Below are positions 38,820 to 50,469 of a DNA stretch of 64,000 nucleotides, in pieces. Location of the stretch: the NCBI GenBank assembly GCA_973895155.1, contig OZ316892.1, forward strand, positions 15,244,861 to 15,308,860. The letters run 5' to 3'. The translations under genes were made by a program, and so were the position numbers. The first letter of the stretch is position 1. Each line of letters begins with the position of its first letter. The stretch comes from Marsupella aquatica (Eukaryota; Plantae; Marchantiophyta). The notes under the pieces were generated by a model. It saw only the letters and a program-made list of their open reading frames with translations. It did not search any database and was not told the origin of the DNA.

Positions 38820-41560
38820 TTTGTGCCCAGTCGATTTGGTTGGAGTCCAGGTGAGGGGCCAGAATTAGCAGGAAATGGTTAGTTTGACGATGGCAGGTCA
38901 AAAGCATATATGAGGGGAATGCATGGTGTCTCTCTCAATGGTCAGGAGCAAGCACAAGCCTGGATGTGGTTTGCTTGAATGTGCTACTAAGAGTAGATAC
39001 CAAATAGAAATGATGATATCTTCTCAAGAGAAAGTCCATTTGGGACTTGTTGAGTACGTTGGAAAACTCTTGAGTGACACCTCCTCACAATATCAGCCAG
39101 TCTTGGTATGAATTTGGTCCACACGGTTTTCATGGACTAGCTTGCTTGTCTACTTGCCAGAAGAGCAGCCAATTCACGTTTGATTTCCACAAAATTTGCA
39201 TTGGAGTGGCCATTTGACAGGCCTGGGTGTTGAAGGCCAAGTTTTTCATGCCCTAACAAGCCTAGTTGAGTTGTACTCATTGAGATGGTTATGAGAGTCG
39301 GGATAAGGTTGATCTCGACGCTTGGGACAAACTTCATAACAACCTAGCTATTTGGGCCATGGGCATGTCTTGGAGGCAGGGCAGTCAGCCAATGATGGAT
39401 GAAAGTGAATAAGCCCAAATGCCACCGGATAGAGGGACTATTTTTTTACGACTAATGGGTGTCACCCTTAGCTTCAGCTTATGCCTAAATCTATCCGCTA
39501 CCCTACTTACTAAACACTGTTGAGTTGATGCAAGACAAAAAGGTCTTTGGTGTTACCGGTTGGTTTGTTTGCTTGTGCCAACTGTAAAGGTTGTTGATTA
39601 AAAATAGTGTTGATGAGCAAGTGCGGCTTCATACGGAAGTTGTTGCTGGAAATGATAGGAGCACTAGATTGCTTGCTCGTGGAGTTTTTTATAGGGGCTT
39701 GGGAACTCAAAGTACCTAGGTATTGAGTTTGGTGCTCGGTTTGGTGAGGGTGTATGGTGACTAGGTCCACCACTACGCCTAACAAGGAAGTTATGGATCG
39801 AGCAAGTTTGCTTTGTGCCCACTCAACTTAGTTGGAGTGCAGGTTGGGGGCCAAAATAGGAGACCAAAGTTGGACTGGGGGTGGCCTCACCAAAATCATA
39901 TATGAGGGGAGCATAGCCTCTCTCAGTGGGCTAGGGGCGAGCCCAAGTCTGGATGCATGGCAGTCCCATTACTTACAGGAGACACCAAATTGAAAGACAA
40001 TATACCCTCAACTAGAAGCCCTTTAGAGGACTTCTTGGGTGCGTTGAAAATCTCTAAGAAGTGTACCTTCTCAAGATATCATCTATGTCTTGGGCAGACT
40101 TTGTTCCTCACAGTTTGCATGGACTATCCCACTTGCTTGTTGAACCTGCCAAAATAGCAGCCAATCCACATTTGGTTCCCACGAGAGCTTGCATTGGAAC
40201 TGGCCATACAGAGTAGGCTTGGGTGTTGAGGTACAAGTTCATGGTGCCATAAGGATCCTAGTTGAGTTGGGCCATTAAGACGGTTACTTACAAGAGCTGG
40301 GACGAGGCTGGTCACGACGCTTGGGACAAGCTACAAGCTAGCTATTCGAGCTATGAGCATATCTTGGAGGAAGGGCGGTTAGCCACTGACAAAAATAAAG
40401 TGAAGAAGTTTGGGAGACATCCAATAAAGGGACTATACTAGATGAACAATGGGTGTCAATTTTAGCTTCAACTTATGGCAAGGTATCCAATAACTTATTT
40501 TCTAACAACTATAAAGCTGCCTTGATACAAGATGACAGTCTTAAGTTTTGCGACGGAAATGATTACTTACTGGTTGGTTCGCTTCCTTGTGCAGATTTTA
40601 GAGGTTGTTGAGCTGCAATCGCGTTCAGGAGCAAGTACAATTTTGCATGGGAGTTGCCACTGATTACGATAGGGGCACCAGGTTGCTTGTTCATGAAGTT
40701 TTGTGTAGGTGCTTGGATACTCATAGTGCCTAGGCCGAGCTTCCAACCGTTGCTGGATGATGGGTTGCTAGGTCCACCACTTTACTCAAGCGCATCCAAA
40801 CCCCTTGGTTGGACGATTGGGCGTAAGGTTAGAAGCTAAACATAGGGGACCAAAGTTGGTCCCAGGTAGACGTATCTCTAGAAGCATACATGAGGGGATT
40901 GGTGTCTCCTCTAGTGAATAAGGGGTGAGCCCAAGGCATGGGGCACAACGATTGCACTGCCAAAGGAAAATATCATATGGAAACAACAATATATTGTAAT
41001 GGGGAGTCGGTTGGGGGACTTCTTGGGCTTGTTTGAAAGCTTTTGAGAGTCACTACTTTCTCAGTTAGGCCCTCTGATAACTTTGGTTGTCATGATTTGC
41101 AGGGAAATTGAACCTGCTTGTTGATCTTGTCAAAATGGCAGCCAAGCGACATCGAATCTCCACAGGGACTCCATTTTGGGGAGGCCAATGCCCATAGACA
41201 AGGTGTTGAGGGCCAAGTTTGTCATGCCCTAGTGATTCAAGTTCAGTTGGACCCATTGGGACAGAAGCTAGACTTAGAAATGGATTGGTCTTGACACCTT
41301 GGAACAAGATAGTTGCTTAGGGCCATTCTTATGTACAAGAGGCAAAGCGATCAGTTATGGATAAATAGAAAATGGGGAAACAAGGATACATCCAATAGAG
41401 TTACTTCAGACAAACAATTAGTGTTGACCCTTTGTTTATACTTATGGCAAGACTGGCACACTATGAGAAATTCTATTTGCTAACCAACTTACTAATGATT
41501 GTTGAGTTTGGAACAAGACAATCATTAAATTGTCCCTTGCTATCTTGAGTGAAGTATTTA
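38820..41560 (+). repeat. Three head-to-tail, ~1-kb, diverged partial copies of the chromovirus LTR
   Basis: The TATA-region motif catata(t/c)gagggga recurs at ~38905, ~39897 and ~40885. The LTR terminus GGTCCACCACT ends at 39774 and at 40781. The internal motif gctatt(t/c)g(g/a)gc(c/t)atg recurs in units 1 and 2. Confidence 0.78.
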
Positions 41561-42509
41561 CCTTGTCCATGACACAAGCTACATTGTTCACCGTAATTAG
41601 TGTTATTACGTAATTAGTGTCAGATTTTGAGTCCAAGTAACACATATCTTTGTCGGTTTTTCCAACAACGAAAAAAATGCTTTTTGTTAAAATTGCTATT
41701 TGTTAAAATTGTGTATTTTTCAAAATAGATTTTCCTCTATAAACACTTTGGTTACCACAGCAACACTAATTCATGTGCACATAAAATTAGTGTGACTAGC
41801 ATTAATTGACTAATAGACCCTTGAAATTGATGCTCTTGAATTATAGCATGTTCATCCTAATACATGTCTATTTTGACTTATCCAAAAGAATTTGAAACAA
41901 TCATTATAAGAGTTAATGTAAGGATAGATTTTAATTTGACTATTTTATGAAACACAAGTATTGAAAGAATGATTATAAGAACCATAATGAAAAAAATGCA
42001 CACTTTTCTGAAAGTGAGAGAAGTACAGTACTCTATGGGTGAGACAAAGTGCATTAATTTGAAGGCACTTGTCAATGTACCTGTATAGATACAATACTTT
42101 GTGATTCAATGAGAAGTAAGTTAACCTTGTTCTCTTTTAATTTTCTGCTCTATTTGGTGGTGCTTTCTAGGTAACACTGTTGATAAATAAACCATAAACA
42201 TAACCATTGGAAACTTTAACCAATGGACATTCTAAGCTGCACTACATCCATAAAGAGAATACTAGTTGCTTGGTTGAAGGGTAGAACCCTCTCATGCAAG
42301 TAAAGGAAAATGCCACTTAAAATGAAAAATAATATTCAGAGAACCTCATAAAAATAAAGGAAATGAAAAGAATTAAAGGGGGTGCCAAAAATGACTAAAT
42401 TCTAAATAGTACATTACTTAAACATAGATTAGACCAGATTAACATAAAATTAAATACATTACATGCAATTTGGATCAGACAAGATAACCGGAGAGTGTAC
42501 TCATTATGA

Positions 42510-42900
42510 TTAACACTAATTCATGTGCACATAAAATACCAACATTAAATGACAAATAGATCCTTGAATTGATTCTCTTGAATTAGTGTTAGTGACACTA
42601 ATTAAAATTACCAACATTAATTGACAAATAGATCCTTGAATTGATGCTCTGGGAATTAGTGTTAGTGACACTAATTCAGATGACCAATATTAATTGACAA
42701 ATAGATCCTTGAATTGATGCTCAAATAGATTCTTGAATTGATGCTCTTGAATTAGTGTTAGTGACACTAATTCAGATGACCAATATTAATTGACAAATAG
42801 ATCCTTGAATTAGTGTTAGTGACACTCATTCAGATGACAGCTGTAGTTTTATAAGAGTGTAATTGCTCTTAAATAAATGTTAGTGACACTAATTCATATG
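42510..42900. repeat. AT-rich minisatellite with palindromic core (gaattagtgt-tagtg-acactaattc)
   Basis: About five copies of aattagtgttagtgacactaatt interleaved with attgacaaatagatccttgaattg; a related unit lies at ~41760-41840. Confidence 0.85.
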
Positions 42901-43661
42901 AACTGTGTAACAGCGTAATTTTTTTCTTAGGGCCATGAGCATTTAGGGAAATTTTCATAGGGACAAATATGCATGCAATGAAGAGAGGGAAATTTTTATG
43001 GGGACAAAAATCAGTGGTTTCAGTCTGGGTTGGCAGATTGTGAATATTTTTAAGTCTCTGGCGATGGCCAAAGGCAAGGGGAGCCTACACAAAGCCGGGA
43101 ACCCGGGCTGGCGGTTGTACTATCCCTCCCGCGATTCCAGTTGCAGGACCATTGCAAGAGCAATCCAACCCTGTGCCACACAGTGCAAGCGATAACAATA
43201 AACTTGATACATAAGGGCATTCAGGCACTCAAACGTCCTAGGACCTAAGGGCAGGCAAATGGAAGGAGAGGAGGAAAATCCGAGTCCAGAGTCCTAAATG
43301 TGCCACGGCAGTTTCCCAACTATTGAACCGTAACTCAACTAGAATTTGACATACTCATTCAATCAAAATGTTGTTAAAGAGGAAATTGAACGCAGCACAT
43401 CGTGTGGGCAATTTCCATTTTCAGTCAGATTGACGTGCTTCATTCAATTTCATTAAATATCTTCCGTAGTATCTGACAACATTCCAAAATTTGGAGCGAA
43501 GGTTTCCTTCCCAACATCTTTATCAATGGTGTAAGCAAATTTTACGGTGCAATGTCATCGTAGAACTCTTGAAGTTCACAATTGCTACAGCCCTGTGCAT
43601 GACCTGTGCTTTGGATGTTCCCCGTCAATTCGAGATATTGTCAGAAGCTTGTGTATGAGCG

Positions 43662-46600
43662 CTAGGAAGCTTGAATATAAGCCTTAGGCTTGGGTTTAAC
43701 TTCCGCTTCATTAACACTGCGCACAAATACAGCGTCTGGTTCATGTCTGCATAGGAAAAGTAGAACGAAAGTGGTCAAGGTTAGTACAAAGTATTTATGA
43801 GTGCACAATATTTTCTTATCTATAATAAATCCAACAGATCACAGGTGATGGAGAACCTGCAGCACGGAGAAAACCTAATTTGAATACCTGCATACAATGA
43901 ACTACATGTTCGGAACTATACTAGGAAGACTTTGCAGTACTCTGCTAGAAATTTTTCTTGCCAATCCTCATCAAGGCATCACCATCACGACCTAGAATCC
44001 GAACACAGGAAGCGGGAGATCTGTGAATCATAAACGGAACTACACTAAGAAGACTTTGCAGCATATTTATAGAAATTCTCTTGCCAGTCTTCATGGTATG
44101 TCACCGTCACTACCTAAATTTCTAACAAAGGATGCGAGAAATTTGGGAATTCAAAATAAATAAACCTAGAAGAGCCGCAATGAAGGCTGACGAGTTCTTT
44201 AGAGACAGCCTCTTAAATCAAACTCTTTAGCAACCAAATTAGCAAGGAAAACTCACCACTGAGTCTCCTTTAAGCTATGCACGCCATGGATTCACAATGA
44301 CGCCGATCACTCGTTCTACTTTTGATTTTCAAAGCGAAATAACAACATCTGAGGTCCGAATTATTAATCCCGGATTCGTGCATGACACTGTCCCTTTCGT
44401 TTACCTCCCGGGTTCCTTTCAGCATACTTATTATTCTTTAATTACAGGCCTGTCTAGACAGCAGGTTCTCTGACGGCCTCCGTCAACGCAGTTTAGCCCA
44501 CTAAAAGTGCACAAAAGAGTCCATCCTACCTGACGCTGGAACAAGTGTGATAGCAATAGACTAGTGATCATCAGAGTTCATAAAATTTGGCGCTTGTTGA
44601 GATCTAGTAAAAAGCGCTCCCCCTCCCTCTAGCTATGAGAAAGTCAGTTGGTTTAGGGGCACTAAGAATGACGCCTAAAATAAGATAAGTAATACCCTCA
44701 CAGCTCCAACTCGAAGGAAGGAAATGATTTCTATATCAGCAGATCCTCAGTGAAACAACGGAAACCGGGAGCAAAGTAAAATCATGAAAACAAGTCATAG
44801 TAAAACTCAATTCTTACGGTTTGTCTCCCTCCTCAAATGTGTAGCTTGAGGCCACTGCAAAGAGGCGTCCATCCCTGCTAAATGAGAGGGCAGCTATGCT
44901 TGAAGGATACTTTGAGTACTGCAAAATAGACCCAAGTCATTGCGCGTGAGATGCGCCTCAAACTTATGCTTTCGGCAAACTCAGTTCCAGACCAAGCCAA
45001 ACCTACAGCGCTAGCTTCTAACAGTAACGCAGGTTTACATTCTAAGAAGTACTCAGATTACAATCAGAAAACCCCAGAACGGACATTTGAGCGTGACTGA
45101 GTGGAATCGTATAAATGTAGTGCATCAACGATCTTCAGACTTTTCAATTGCCATTATGGGCCCCTCTAGAAACGCAATTGCATTCTGATAACCTGGTAAA
45201 GTCGCTTCTTGTTGCTGCCATCCCAAACGTTGACATATCCGTCGCAACCACCAGTTGCAAAAGTACCATAACTGCATGAAATGGTCTAACAGTAAGTACC
45301 TTGGTAAGCAAAGCAACCCTAAAAATCTGCCATACAAACATTTACTTGGAAAAAAGAGACCTTGATTGATACAGTCGTTTAAAAAAATCAGACTCAGGTC
45401 TTGCCAACTAGACAAAAACAATCAACTCTGTCAACAAAAGTAGAACAGTTCTCAGAGTAGCATTGCAGTTTATGATGTCCGAATCAGAACTAGACCGAGA
45501 CGGAACTCTCACACTGGATGGAAAGCTATCGCGTTCACTGGATACACCGTATCTCGACCAGCCTCGGACTTCCGATGACACTTGAATGCATACCTGAGAT
45601 ACAATGGCATCCATTACGCGGATAAAGTAGGTGCGTTTAGGGTTTCAAGAGTGGAGGAAGGCTAAACATGCCTGTGCAGTGAAGATTGAGGCATGTAACA
45701 ATTAAAGAACTTAAACGAATAGGTCCTCACCACATAGCTCCACTATTTGACTGCGATAAGCCACTTTGGACAATTTGATAAACAAAGATATTTGATTCCG
45801 TCCTTGCTAGGATTGCCATAAAAATAATTGCTAGAAGCGACTTATCTCCGCGCTGGGCCACACCATGGGTTAGCTCGGAGGACTCATGGAAAGCCGCTTG
45901 CACCTGTGATTTTAGGTAATTCATTTCACAGAGATGGGAAGAGTTGCACGAGTGCGCTTACTTTTTGGCTTGGCCGCTCTCTGATAAGTCAAAAAATTCC
46001 ATGGCGACACGGCCTTCTACGGAACTGAGTGCATAACCTGCCAGGAATCATAAGACGTTACCCAGCCATTAGTCAAGACGCTCGTTTTGGCATTCGCGTT
46101 CCCCATAGGACTGCGAAAGATGTGATGCCGTGAGAAAGAGAGCATGGTACGGACTGTAGGAACGTGGAAAAGGAGCATATAGTACACCACTTCCTGCATC
46201 CGGACCAAATTTTCAAAGAACAGTTCCAGCACGTAGCGAGTGTGCCTATCATAAAAATCCGACTCTTTATCGTTTTCGCAGATATACCTGTTCCATTGGG
46301 ATAGCATCTCACGCATCTAGTCTGGTACTTCAGAGATGACTCTCGGCGCTGTTCTGGTTGGGACATATTGCGAAGGTCGTAGACATTTATGTGCCTGCCA
46401 GCCGTAGCCACTACAAGGCGGTGTCCAACGAGAGACATTGAATACACGCGTTCCGGCTGCGGGCATGTCTCAAGTCCACCGGACGCGCGAGCATCCCAAC
46501 ATCTCAGAGTCTTGTCCCAGCTTCCGGTAATGACTAGTCCTGCGCCGTGCCCAGGAACATCAGCACAAACACGAACACTAATGTGATATTGCCACTAATA

Positions 46601-47430
46601 TTGCTTATAAAGAACGCACAAATTACCCATTGGACCGACCTGTTTCATGAACTAAAATGACAGGATTCAATTCTACGTCCTTCGCCGACTCTTCTCTTCA
46701 CAGTGCTATTTTCAAACCTCAAGCCACAAAACGAAGCGTACCTGTCGCATGAGAGTACTCTACACATCTCACTGGAGCTTCGTGGGACCCTAAAACATCC
46801 TCCCTTCCTGTGTTAAAGTCATACCTGCACAAGCCCAGTAAAACATAAGAAGTGAGCGGAAAACTTACAGAATTGTGCAACATCTTGCCATTCAAAATTT
46901 TCATCTTGAAACTCGTACTCATCAACAGGACATTGACTGAAACAGCTTTGATTTTGAGAAGCATTGCAAAAAAGAGCTAGGTGAAGGCTGGAAGGAAAAT
47001 TTGTGCTCTCCTCCGACGAACCTTCGAACAGTCCTATCTGCGCTGGCGCTAAACCCAGAAGAATCGTCATGAAAACAGCAATCCAAGACAGGGCCTCTGT
47101 GCGCAAATTGACCTTTCAACACATTGGCACTTGCATCATACAAGCGTACTTTCTGCAAAAACCAGACCAACCTTCTCACAAGTTCGTAACATTGCAATCA
47201 CATTATCAAAACACGCCCACTATCATGAATTAAACGCAACGGAATCTCTCTCCTCTGTGAACCGCAATGAACCGCAAGGCTTTAGCCCGTCAGAGGATTG
47301 CCAGACGACGTACACAGTCCCAAGACGAAACTAGCAAGTGATCACTGTGGTTCGAAAACCGCACAGTGGAGATGCCATCCGTGGGTGGCGAGCTCAACTC
47401 CCGCCCCGATCCGCTTGTACCTCCGATCAT
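43662..47430 (-). CDS. BUB3: Mitotic checkpoint WD40 protein BUB3, 9 exons
   Basis: Exons 47430-47314, 47152-47022, 46824-46742, 46539-46288, 46037-45962, 45593-45513, 45271-45193, 44918-44818, 43746-43662. Motifs [87 protein letters not shown]. Confidence 0.96.
43912..44151. repeat. Diverged ~124-bp tandem duplication in the last BUB3 intron
   Basis: ggaacta(t/c)acta(g/a)gaagactttgcag...tagaaatt...cttgcca...tcacc(a/g)tcac(g/t)accta occurs twice. Confidence 0.75.
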
Positions 47431-48069
47431 ATCGTTTGGCTCCTCGACAAAGAAGAGCCCACACAATGAAATGGATGCCTACGAAACGGAGATGGGACTC
47501 GCGAGCGAAGTGAGGGCTTGTCCGTTCGCAGGGAAAATTGCACGGGACAGGGGAAGAAACCGGGCGGGAATCTTAACTTTTGTCAGTTGCTGGTTAGACC
47601 GCGATAACCGGGAGTCCCGCTTGCCGCAGAAACATTCACATGCACTGCAGCAGCCATCATTGCAGAAAGTTTAGTAATTCAAATTTCAATGAATTCAAGA
47701 AAAGGCCACGGACAGTATTTGAGAAGCAAAGATTTCTGTCCTCAGCTTCGCTAAACCTAATGCAGTAGCGAACGAAAACGAGACAGAGTGTGAGTAGATC
47801 GCGCTCAAGATTTTTTTGAGGGAGCTCGACTTGGTTGCGAAGGACTTGAACGAGACAGTGTTAACTACAGTAGTAAAGCTCACCCTGCTGCGCGGAGCTT
47901 CAACAGAATGCATCAAACCCACTAAGTAATTGGATACGAATAGACGAATCAAACGAGCGCTCGGAAATGATATAAGGCGAGAGCTATTTTCTTGTCGTAA
48001 TACTAATTAGTCCCTGTACCCCTTTCAATAGTATGTTTTTCAAGAAGAACAAGCGCTATATGAGTGGCT

Positions 48070-49265
48070 TGTAGTGTCGGCCAAAAGGTTGTTGAGAAGA
48101 AAGATGTCATGTCAACCAAGATACCGGTGAAAACAAAAGATGTCTTGATGATGATGTTGTGTACCCCAGATGGAGATAAGTGATCTCATCAATTATCAGT
48201 CACTTTCATCAGTGTACCTGATATCAACTGCCACCTCATCTCAGAGAAATCGTCAAGTTGTGATACGAAAAAGAAAAAAAGAAAATTTGAAGGAAAACTT
48301 TTTTTTTTCAAAATATTTTTTGCCATGAGGCGTTCGTACCGTACGGACACCTATCTCGGTGAGCCCAACCGAGATGGGAAAAAAATTTCCAAATTTGTGG
48401 TTTTTTTTTTTCCACGTTTTTTTCCGGTTCGTACGCCCCATCTCGGCGAGGCCAGTTGAGATGGGGAAAAAAAATTCAAATTTTTTTGGGGGGGGAATTT
48501 TTTTGGTTTTTTTTTGTGGATTTTTTTCTGTCCGTACGCCCATCTCGGCAAGGTCAGCCGAGATTGAATCAACCTCGGCTGCCCAGCTGAGATAAGCGGA
48601 AGTTTGAAGGCCCCATCTCAACTCCTCAACTGAGATTCTAAAATTTTTGAGATAACTGATGATGTTGTGTACCCCAGATGTCTTGTTGGTCAAGATGTCG
48701 TTGAGAACAAAAGATGTCATGTCAGTCAGGATGTTGATGAGAACAAAAAATATCGTGTCTGCCAAGAGGTTGTTGAGAAGAAAGGTGTCATGTTGGCCAA
48801 GAGATTGTGGAAGAAATAGAGGTCATGTTGTCAATGATGTCATTATGCCGAAGGTTTCTTTAAGTATAACAATGTTGTTAAGTACAAAATAACTCAATAT
48901 ACGTGCATTGCACAAAAGATGTTATGTCGCCCAAGATGTTATTATGTGAAAGATGTCGTGAAATAAAACGATGTAGTTAAGAAAAATGAAATTGTTTTGC
49001 CAAAGATGTAGTTATGTGAAAGACATTGTGAAGTAAAAAGATGGTGTTAAGAAAAAAGAAGACATTTTGCCAAACATGTCATCAAGTAAAAAGTTATTGT
49101 CAAGTAAAAAATTGTCATTAACAAAAAAGAAATCGTTCATTTGCCAACGATGTTGTTATGTGAAAGATGTCATGAATAAAAACATGTCATCGAGTAAAAA
49201 GATGATGTGGTGCCAAATGGGTTATTATGTGAAAAATATTATGAAGTAAAAAGATGTTGTCAAGT
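48070..49265 (-). mobile_element. Second array of the Helitron-like minisatellite (reverse orientation), interrupted at 48148-48675
   Basis: Units such as gttgagaacaaaagatgtcatgtc..ccaagatg are the reverse complement of the 16-kb array. A Helitron-end-like segment (reverse complement catcttttgtgcaatgcacgtatattgag) lies at ~48893-48921. Confidence 0.65.
48148..48675. mobile_element. Small insertion with 24-bp direct repeats and three hairpin-forming internal units
   Basis: TGATGATGTTGTGTACCCCAGATG at 48149-48172 and 48657-48680. Flanking duplication AGATGTCTTG at 48138-48147 and 48676-48685. Three internal units 'cgtacg..catctcgg..(c/t)gagat' separated by A/T tracts. Confidence 0.55.
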
Positions 49266-50469
49266 AAAAGTGTGTCCCTCGCCCGACACATTGCCATCAA
49301 TGCAAGTGCCATGATCTTTACTATGTCTTTGGTCTTTATAACTTTTATTTTTTTGGCAGTGAAAATGGCACAAAAAATGAATGTAAAAAATCACCTTAAA
49401 TATTGGGAGAATAATGTTTTATTTGATTAGTGTATGTACTACACTATTGACTGAAATAGTATCTGAAATTTAACTCCTACCAATACTACACCAAACTATG
49501 CACGATTTCACTCTATTGAGAATATACACCTTATTGAGTATGTACAATACTCCCTATCATGGATCATGGAGGGAGTATACTCCTTGTGCATTGTGTTAAT
49601 GACATCATTTTTCTGTTTCCTTATCCCATTTGATTCCCTTCTACTGGGACATTGGTGTGACTCTTTTCCATTCCTACTACACTAGATTTATTTTGTCTTT
49701 ATTCCTTCCTTCTACCAGATTTCTTATTTTTTGTGCCCTCCAAATTTGAATGACGCCCACTGTAAAAATGGGCGCAACTGTTTATTATAGTTTAGGATGG
49801 TGCATGGTAGGTGAGTAAGCGATGATGTGAGTGACTGATAGGTTTAATTGCATAGATTGATGCAAGTATGAGCATAGGATTAATAGGCTCCATTCTATAT
49901 TTCTATTGATCTATGTGAAAAGAAACATCCCAATAAATGTGACTTAAAGTATATTTAATTGATGAAGCATGAGTGAAGTGTTCTACAAAATGGCCAAAAT
50001 GATATCAATGAGTGTACTAAGCTAGGTCAATGTTATATGTGTCAAGTTTCTCAAGTGGGGTGAAGCTTGCATTCACTGATGGCACCTCCAAGGAGCTCTT
50101 GAAAGTGCTGGATGACCTAGCAAAGACATCCTCTTGGACCCAGCAAAGATGCCCCTCATAAAACTGGTGGAGGAGTGGCTGCTACATTTTTGGATTGAGT
50201 ACTCAATCATTTTGGAGCCCCACTTAAGGTGTTGATTGACTAGGGCACACAGTTCCATGAAGAGTTTAATTGAGAGTTTGTGTGAGCTTGATCATCGTAC
50301 TACTTCACGATCATCTTGAGGTAGAATTTTCTGAGAGAGTTGTAGAAACTGTGAAGAGAGGATTGTGCAAGCATGGTTCGCAGGTCAAAGAAGCATTTTT
50401 GAGCATTACTAGGGCAAGTGAGCTGGCAAGATTTAGAAGAGATGTCGTTGGGTTGAGGTCCAAGTTGAT

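Noticed and set aside
43912-44151. Possible intronic snoRNA pair in BUB3
   Set aside because: A TGATGA-like motif occurs in only one copy, with no matching box D or H/ACA structure; treated as a plain duplication.
15965-49265. One giant 33-kb inverted-repeat transposon carrying three host genes
   Set aside because: The two arrays differ in internal organisation, have no matching outer termini or TSD, and carry Helitron-like ends; independent insertions are simpler.
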